Assembly: GCA_005191425.1 (NCBI GenBank)
Contig: SUPR01000074.1
Location: 1-17,153 of the forward strand
DNA from: Candidatus Helarchaeota ASGARD archaeon Hel_GB_B
GTDB taxonomy: Archaea > Asgardarchaeota > Lokiarchaeia > Helarchaeales > HEL-GB-B
Direction: 5' to 3'
Length of the DNA: 17,153 nucleotides
Position numbers and translations under genes: made by a program. This document shows positions 9,742 through 17,000 of this stretch, piece by piece. The notes under the pieces are model-generated. The model was not told where the DNA came from. It made no database searches and worked only from the letters and a program-made list of their open reading frames with translations. Each line of letters opens with the position of its first letter. Position 1 is the first letter of the stretch.

Positions 9742-10824
9742 TTATCGATATGACATATTAAATGTATCTCGAAGTATGTTCAAATGCTCAATTAATATTG
9801 GATCTGCTTTTGTCCCGTCATTATAACTTTCTAATATTAGATTAATCAAATATTCTGGGAATACTAACTTTATAGCAATATCAGTCCTTAGAAAATATAA
9901 TTCTTGTCCTTTTTTATTTCTTAAAACATTAATAACTCGATTATCCCATAATAATTTTAGTGTATTGTCTAAATTTTCAGTTTCAGACCTCATTAATGCC
10001 ATATCGTCCATTGTTAGATAATTTTCTCTTAATTTTTTGATTATTTTATAAGCGTCCATATCAATTATTATGTTTAAAATTGTTTCTTGGTCCTCAGGTG
10101 TTGGTGAATACCCTTCAAAAAATGCCTTTACATCAGTTAAATAATCATTGTCTAAATTACCACCAAATTGATTTAATTTAGCTTTTTTTACTATATTTAT
10201 TGGTGGGACTCTCGTGACAAATATATCTCCAACTAAAAATACAACAGAACTTGGCATCTCTTTTAATGTCGATTCTACTATTAGTCCCATCTTGATCATA
10301 GAATGTAATATTCCATCTATATCTATATTCTCTCTTGCAAGTCTGTCTTTTAACCAAGTTAAAAGCTCACTTTTCGTGGCGGAACCATCTTCGATCAGTC
10401 TGTCAATTATCATCTTTTTAATGGGGTCTAAAAATGTAAGCGCTAAATGTTGGTCTCGGTCCATTTTTGGATAATTAACTATGTTTTTGAAAATTTCCGG
10501 CAACATTTCTACATATCGTCTGTATTCTAGATTGTTCATTATAATTCGAACTGAATCTGTTAAAACATCTTCATATGCTTCCGGCTCTTCATCTATACTT
10601 AATAATAAACACATATAATAGTTCGTTTCTAACCCCGTAAAATAACTCGCGATATTTAAATCACCAATAGTTATTGTAAGAAACCCTTTCTCACCTTCAA
10701 ATGCGTGCGTTGTATATATCTGCATCGTGGCTTTGTCATCTATATCTATATCTTCTGGATATGCAGATAATCTTTTCATTCCCGCTTTATCATCAAATCT
10801 AAATATTATTAAACCGTGAACCAT
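9742..10824 (-). CDS. Longin/uDENN-like domain + two winged-helix repeats protein (NPRL2/DENN-superfamily-like architecture), 360 aa
   Basis: The N-terminus GLIIFRFDDKAGMKRLSAYP matches the h-h-h-x-F-D-x-x-x-G-x-x-h-x-x-x-(Y)P start of uDENN/longin domains, and the beta-beta-alpha-beta-beta-beta-alpha pattern runs to aa ~120. Two internally similar wHTH-like units follow (aa ~133-208 and ~255-323; FLVGDIFVTRVPP vs FLRTDIAIKLVFP). There is a GGTGA RBS. Confidence 0.8.
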   Translation of the reverse strand: MVHGLIIFRFDDKAGMKRLSAYPEDIDIDDKATMQIYTTHAFEGEKGFLTITIGDLNIASYFTGLETNYYMCLLLSIDEEPEAYEDVLTDSVRIIMNNLEYRRYVEMLPEIFKNIVNYPKMDRDQHLALTFLDPIKKMIIDRLIEDGSATKSELLTWLKDRLARENIDIDGILHSMIKMGLIVESTLKEMPSSVVFLVGDIFVTRVPPINIVKKAKLNQFGGNLDNDYLTDVKAFFEGYSPTPEDQETILNIIIDMDAYKIIKKLRENYLTMDDMALMRSETENLDNTLKLLWDNRVINVLRNKKGQELYFLRTDIAIKLVFPEYLINLILESYNDGTKADPILIEHLNILRDTFNMSYR

Positions 10825-10829
10825 TCATT

Positions 10830-10834
10830 TCACC
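10830..10834 (-). promoter_or_regulatory. Shine-Dalgarno GGTGA for the longin-wHTH gene
   Basis: The minus strand reads TCGGTGAAATGAATG, with 5 nt between GGTGA and the ATG at 10824. Confidence 0.75.
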
Positions 10835-11703
10835 GACACATTTAATCATTACATATATTTAATAAATTATTTCTAAAATATTAAATATATATTATTTGTT
10901 ATTCTATTTCATTTATATGTCTTATTTTTGGATTTTATTGATTCGAAATTTATTTTTTATAATTCATCATTTTTATTTTAATTAACTACTTTAAAAAAAT
11001 AATACAAATGTACCTTATCAAAAACTAGATAAAAACTGTTAATTTATCCAGACATAAAAATAAAATATAATTCAAATTTTGTTGCTTATTTAAGTAATTT
11101 TTTATTATTTTAATAAAAAATAGATGTTTTTTAATGTTACAAAAGCTTTTTTACTTACTTATTGGAGAATCTTCCCAATTTTATATTATTTTCAGAATAT
11201 CTTCGTTTTAAAAGTATTTTTTATAGTGAATGGACGAGATTGTCGTAGTTAAACATTAATTTACAAACGGGACGATAGAAACTTTTTAAATTTAACAAAA
11301 ATACGAATTTAACTATAATTAACCGGCAGAAAAAACATAAATTACAAAATTTGTTTAGTCGATTGGATTTAAATTAGTAAAATAACAATAATTATTGAAA
11401 AAAAATTAAATGTATATAATTTGTGATGAAAATTCGAGCGTGTAGCAAATTATAAAGTTAAATTTGTTATTAGTAGAATTACAGATTCAATTAAAAATGT
11501 TGAGTTAAAAAAGTCATAATAAATTTTGAGAGCGAAATAACAAAAATTGAAAGGTTTTTTAATTATTTTTTTAATTATTAAATTATATTTACTAATTAAA
11601 TTAATTTGAAAAATTTTAATTGAATGCATGTTATCTTTAAATCCTAAATTAGAATATTTTTTCTAATTTGTAATTAAAAAAATCGATAGAAAAACATAAT
11701 ATT

Positions 11704-11708
11704 GGTGA
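11704..11708 (+). promoter_or_regulatory. Shine-Dalgarno GGTGA for the ESCRT-III-CHAT gene
   Basis: The sequence reads ATTGGTGAAATCGGATG, with 6 nt to the ATG at 11715. This supports the start and the inclusion of the ESCRT-III-like N-terminus. Confidence 0.75.
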
Positions 11709-11714
11709 AATCGG

Positions 11715-13847
11715 ATGGCTATAAAATTCAACAAAAATAGGGAAAATTTAGAATATTTGAAGACGGAAATAGAGAAAATTATTAGGAAACTTAAGCTTAA
11801 AATAAGAAATTATGAAGAGAAAATTATAATATTAAAGAATAGAGTAAAAGATCTTTATAAATCAGACAAAGAACAAATGATTAGGAAAGTATTATTGCAA
11901 ATAATTCTTTATAGGAAGAAAATATTTAAGTACCAAGGGTTAATTAGTAATTTAGAAAAGAATTTAGAAGAAATTAAGTCGCTATTTGTTAGTGAAATGA
12001 TAAATAATGTAAACGTTGATTATTTTAATAAAATCAATTATGCACTAAAAGAGTCGACTGAAAAATCTTCAGAAGAAGAAATTGATGCTAAAATATTTAG
12101 TGAAATTGAAAATCAAGTCGATATCGTAGAAGACTATGAAAATGATATAGATATATTAAAAAAGGAAATTTTAATGGAAATGTCGTCAGGAGCAGAGCCA
12201 CCAGATGATTTAGAAGAGAGAAAGAAGAAATTAAGAAAAGAAATTGGTGATATTAAAGAAGAGCTTGGATTTGAATATGAATTACCAAGTGCTGGTGGCA
12301 TACCAATGCCTCAATCGCCTCAAATAGAGGGCGCTAAAGGACAACCAAAAAAATCAGATAAAACAGAAGGTGAAAAAAGGAGACCAAAAACTATCGAACG
12401 ATATGGTGATATAATTGCAGATAATGAGATGGAACTAAATAAAGAGACCAAAATTATGGTATCAATAAAAAAGGAAGCAAAATCAGTATTGGGAGTAAAA
12501 GTGCAGATGTCTATTACAGTTCCAGAGGAAGAGAAAAAATTACCAGAAATCGAAATATTTATAATGGCACCAGATTTTGAGATCCCAGAGCCTCGAAAAA
12601 AATTAGTCATCCCATTGGACCGAGATTCCGAAATACTTGAATTTAAAATAACCCCTAAAGAAGTTGGTAAAAAATATATATTCGTAGAGTTTTATCAAGA
12701 AGGAAAAATGATTAATAGAGCAATTCTGGAAGTAATAGTTAAAAAAGAAACCAATTCTATTAATAAAATTGAAAAATCATTTAATATCACCATGTTTGAA
12801 AATGTGGAAATTGATGCAACTCTAAGAATTATCCGTTACGAAAATAAATTTATTTTTAGTCTTTTTACAAAACATGGAGGCACTATTATAGACCCAAGGG
12901 CATCGTTCGGGACTATGGAAATTAAAAAGAAATATATCAAAAATTTAAACGAATTAATGAGAGATATGGCGTTGGACTTTAAAAACCCAAAAAAAGCCAT
13001 GAATATAATAAAAAAACTTGGAAAACTCGTTTATCAATTAATTCCCGGACCAATGCGCGAAGCCATTAAAAAAATAGACCCAAAATACTTAATTTTTGAA
13101 ACGGGCGATTTATTTGTACCTTTTGAACTTGCTCACGATGGTGAAGATTTTATTTGCTTAAAATATTGCATAGGAAAAAGAATACTTGACGAAAATAAAG
13201 ATTTTAGTGCACCTCCAATTTGCTTTGGCACCTCAGAATTTGATTTCATGATGGTCGAGTCTAATCCTAATAAAGATTTGGAATTAAAAGATAGAGAATA
13301 CATTGAAAAAATTATTAAAAATTACGACATCAATTTTAAAACACTTAAAGACAAAAATGCCACTAAAAAGTTAATATTAGACCTGATAAAATCAACACCA
13401 ATAGAAATTATTCATTTTGCAGGTCATGGTATGTTTGATGAAAAGAATCCAGATAATTCGGGGATCCTTTTAGAGGACGGAATTTTGACGGCACATGAAA
13501 TAAGGAATATGAAAATAAAGGGTTTCCCATTAATTTTTGCAAACGCTTGTGAATCAGCATCTATTACAAAGGTCAATAAAATAAAAGGAGTAGGAGGGGT
13601 TGCAAGGTCATTTCTTGGGTCTGGAGCTATTGGATTTATAGGGCCATTGTGGGAAATTACTGACGATTTAGCTGCTGAATTTGCAATGAAATTCTATGAG
13701 AAATTATTAATAGACCGTTTAACCGTAGGTGATGCTATTAAAGAGGTAAAAATTGAGTTAAAGTCCAAATATTCAGATATTTTATGGGCTACCTTTAATT
13801 ATTACGGTGATCCTACGTTAAAATTATGTCCAAAAAGTCTTGCTTAA
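11715..13847 (+). CDS. ESCRT-III (Vps2/24/46-like) domain - Ig-like beta-sandwich - CHAT cysteine protease fusion, 710 aa
   Basis: The C-terminal CHAT domain is clear: IIHFAGHG (H571), FANACES (C612), GFIGPLWEITD, WATFNYYGDP, and upstream DLFVPFELAHDG..LKYCIGKR. aa ~1-195 form a basic helical hairpin followed by acidic helices with ESCRT-III-like motifs. aa ~225-342 are all-beta. The CHAT call is high confidence and the ESCRT-III call moderate to high. Confidence 0.9.
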   Translation: MAIKFNKNRENLEYLKTEIEKIIRKLKLKIRNYEEKIIILKNRVKDLYKSDKEQMIRKVLLQIILYRKKIFKYQGLISNLEKNLEEIKSLFVSEMINNVNVDYFNKINYALKESTEKSSEEEIDAKIFSEIENQVDIVEDYENDIDILKKEILMEMSSGAEPPDDLEERKKKLRKEIGDIKEELGFEYELPSAGGIPMPQSPQIEGAKGQPKKSDKTEGEKRRPKTIERYGDIIADNEMELNKETKIMVSIKKEAKSVLGVKVQMSITVPEEEKKLPEIEIFIMAPDFEIPEPRKKLVIPLDRDSEILEFKITPKEVGKKYIFVEFYQEGKMINRAILEVIVKKETNSINKIEKSFNITMFENVEIDATLRIIRYENKFIFSLFTKHGGTIIDPRASFGTMEIKKKYIKNLNELMRDMALDFKNPKKAMNIIKKLGKLVYQLIPGPMREAIKKIDPKYLIFETGDLFVPFELAHDGEDFICLKYCIGKRILDENKDFSAPPICFGTSEFDFMMVESNPNKDLELKDREYIEKIIKNYDINFKTLKDKNATKKLILDLIKSTPIEIIHFAGHGMFDEKNPDNSGILLEDGILTAHEIRNMKIKGFPLIFANACESASITKVNKIKGVGGVARSFLGSGAIGFIGPLWEITDDLAAEFAMKFYEKLLIDRLTVGDAIKEVKIELKSKYSDILWATFNYYGDPTLKLCPKSLA

Positions 13848-13940
13848 TATTTTATTATGATAATTTTAATTATAAACAATCTTTATCACGAAATTAAATT
13901 TAAAAGAAATTCACTCAAAAATCAAAAATTAAAAAATAGT

Positions 13941-14058
13941 TAAAAAAAAACAATTTAGAGTAATAGTAATAGTCGGTCGTTGATTCGCCACTAAAAACAG
14001 GTATCATAAATCCTTTTTCTTTTTTGTTTAATTTTTTTAAAGATTTGATTAAAAAAAA
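13941..14058. terminator. Convergent oligo-T terminator region between the CHAT gene and giant protein B
   Basis: The plus strand has a T-rich tract at 14014-14038 (TTTTTCTTTTTTGTTTAATTTTTTT) downstream of the CHAT stop. A9 at 13942-13950 and A8 at 14051-14058 give oligo-T on the minus strand downstream of gene B. Archaeal intrinsic terminators are oligo-T. Confidence 0.5.
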
Positions 14059-14087
14059 TTAAAAACGAAAATAAAATTTAAAATATT

Positions 14088-17000
14088 TTATTTAAGAGAT
14101 TTTAATATATCTTTCTGTTCTTTTAATGATAGATTCTTCAGGTCATTTATTAAATCTTGTTTCTCTTCCTCAGAGAGTCCAGGTATTTTGTCAAGTTCTT
14201 CTTTTATTTGTTCTATGGACAATTTTTTCTCTTTTTCAATTTTAGCTTTTTTAGGTTTCTTAGGTTTAGGAGGTATTTCTTCAGAGGGTGGTTGGGTCTT
14301 AGCAGAAGGTCTGAGGGTTTTAGGTATTGGGATACCCGCTAATTGTAGTAATCGGATTCGGTCATCTACGGGGATTACCATTGCCTCAAGATATAAATCG
14401 GCGTCTTTAGGTGTCATTTGTCTGATATTGTTTAGGACTTCTTCAGCTTGGTTATAATCAATTTCGCTTCCTTTTATCTCTCCAAGAGCTTTAGCAAATT
14501 CCAGAATTTCTACTTTTTCTTTTTTGATTACACCAATTATAGTCAATAATCGTTTGGAAGCTTCTGGTGGTACGTTCATTTCTGCCAATACTTGTTCACC
14601 TTCCAGTTCATTTAGTCCTTTTAGTCTAGTAATAAGAGATTCAGCTTCAGGAGTGGTAATTCTTGTCCTGAGAATCGCACTTAATTCACTTGCAAATGCC
14701 ACAATTTCTGGCTCTACTAATTTAGGTGGTACAATACCTAGGGCTGCCCAATTAGACTCGAAAATTTCTCTGAATAATTCCTCCCTATTCTTCACTACAG
14801 GAACAACAGCTTCACCTTTGCCTTTTTTAATTAATTTTGTACCTTTTATTATTTCTTTTATTTGATATGGTTTGAGCCACCATTTTACTCTTCTATAGAC
14901 GACTACAGTTGCAACACCAGCAATTGCGACCATTGCTGCAATAAATAATGGATGCTCCCAAATTGGTTTAATCGACATTGTAGATTGATAATTGTAGTTA
15001 TTAGTAGTAGCATAATTACTGCTTGAAGGCACAAATTCTATCACAAGATAATATAATTGGTTCACTTTCAATTGACTTGAATCTAAAGTAATCGTAGCAA
15101 CTCCACCAACTACATTTGCGCTCCCAATCTTAAAGTGTTCGCCAGTTGAGCTGTTCAAATAATAATTGATTACGCCATCAAGGGACTCTCCAAATTCATT
15201 GATTATTCTAATTTGGATCTGAACTGAGAAAAATTGATAGATATTAAATGACGCTCTAATTGGTGCTATTATATTCGTTTTCGCAGGTAAAATTTCTACA
15301 GAAATGTTTAGGAATGCTGTTTCATAATGCGTTAAATTCGATACTAATTGAAGGTGATAAATACCTACATTTACCGCCTTTAAGCAGGTTATATTTATAG
15401 CATATCGTCCTCGACTTACATCGCCAGATAGATTGAAAATACCCGGCCAATTTAATAAGGTATAACTTGCAAGTCTTAGATTACCTAAATTTGAATGAGT
15501 ATAATCATAATTACTATAAGTTTCATTATCTTGATAATAAAATTTAATTAACCCAGAATGTCGGTACCTCATTGCCATTGAATTTTCGGATATGTTGTAA
15601 ATATCATCACCATCTGAACTCTCCCAGTCATAAAAAACTATACTTGTTTTTATTAGTCTGACTTGGAATGTAAAGTTCACTGAAATTGTTTCATAGTTCA
15701 ATTTAATAAAAGTTAAGTTTAGCGTATGATTTCCAATGTCTAAGAGGCTTGTGTCTATACGTACTTGATAAATTCCAATATCGCCACTTGGAAATATATT
15801 AATTTGGGGTTGGTTGCTCTGATTTACTCCAATTATATTCCTATAAATATTGCTAAGGAGAGCAATAATTCCAATACCACCTCTATCATAGTCAGTATAA
15901 TTGACAGTAAAAATACACTGATCACCCCATGGAGTAGGCACTATGTAGTCATCTACCATTGTTAAATTAACTCTTACAGGTCTAATATAGAATGAAACAT
16001 TCAGTTCAGATGTTAGGTATATCCTGTTATATTCTGTTGCATTTATATGTATATGAAGTCTGAACTTACCTGTAAATTGTCTGTAAATTTGAGATGTATC
16101 AATTCTAATTCTAAATAGACCAATTAAACTATCATTATCAGGAGTAGTTTCTAAATAGGTATTATTAAGTTCCCAATATGCTGTACTGAACCAAGTAGAA
16201 TAATTTGTATTTCCCTCTTCATATAATCTTACTTGTAGGTCAGTTGTCTTTGATACACCAGTAATTATTCCTGGATTAGCAGCTGAACTTTTCAAATCCC
16301 ACCAATAGAACCACACATCAACGATTTGTCCCCAATAATATTCTGGCTCTATACTTGGAAAATGATATAAAGTGCCAGATACTATTGATGATGCTACTGT
16401 ATAATTTGCAGTAATATTTGTTGGGTGCGTCTTTATCAATAAGTCTATCAAGAAACTTACACTACTGTTTTTAATATGATCTCCAAATACTTCAAAAATA
16501 ATCTGGAAATTGTCCAATTCATCGACTTCACTTCTATTAAATCCAAAGGTAAATCTATAATATCCCAGTGATTGTTGTGATGTATCTACAGTGATATTAC
16601 CCCATTGCCAGATGTGTCCATAATATGTAATATTATATGTAGGCATACTTATCGCAAATCTTATATTGTTATATTGCCCAGTGCTCCCTCCTGTTGCATG
16701 TGAATTATTTTCTAACCATTCATTATGTGCCGTATCTTCAACTCGAACCGTAATATTAAAACTACTTGCTTCTTCCGCATAAGTCACCCTATCATATTGT
16801 CCCCTTGTAGATTCTGTTGGGATATTTATTACTGTGACATATTTGTTCAAATATGATGAAATCGTGAAAATAGCCTTTCCACTTATATGGATTTTCAGCG
16901 TGATTTCTTGATATGGTAGGATTGGGAGAATTGTAGTGTTCATTGTAAAGTTCCATACACCATCACCTAAACCAAATACTTCATAATAAGTAAAATTGCC

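Noticed and set aside
10214-10474. Plus-strand 86-aa ORF
   Set aside because: It is antisense to the longin-wHTH gene, and its S/I-rich composition is typical of shadow frames.
11225-11280. GC-richer patch with GACGA twice as a possible tRNA or structured RNA
   Set aside because: Only 3-4 bp stems can be drawn, with no cloverleaf, T-loop or known motif.
11715-12299. Reading the N-terminal region as PspA/Vipp1 or a generic coiled coil
   Set aside because: This is not excluded, but KIFSEIENQVDIV and EELG...LPSAGG fit Vps2/24/46-type ESCRT-III better than PspA.
12320-12610. Minus-strand 96-aa ORF
   Set aside because: It is antisense to the ESCRT-III-CHAT gene; the F/S/I richness mirrors K/E codons on the coding strand.
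13969-14003. GC-richer patch AGTCGGTCGTTGATTCGCCACT as a hairpin terminator or att site
   Set aside because: Pairing is imperfect and I found no second copy to define an att pair.
14157-14865. Three plus-strand ORFs (14157-14342, 14188-14457, 14524-14865)
   Set aside because: They are antisense shadows of the K/E-rich tail of protein B; their apparent hydrophobicity comes from complementing AAA/GAA codons.
15765-15965. Plus-strand 66-aa ORF
   Set aside because: It is antisense to protein B with no independent support.
16941-16943. ATG at 16943 as the start of protein B
   Set aside because: The frame stays open to 17153, the Met lies mid-repeat (WNFTMNTT), and there is no signal peptide or RBS.
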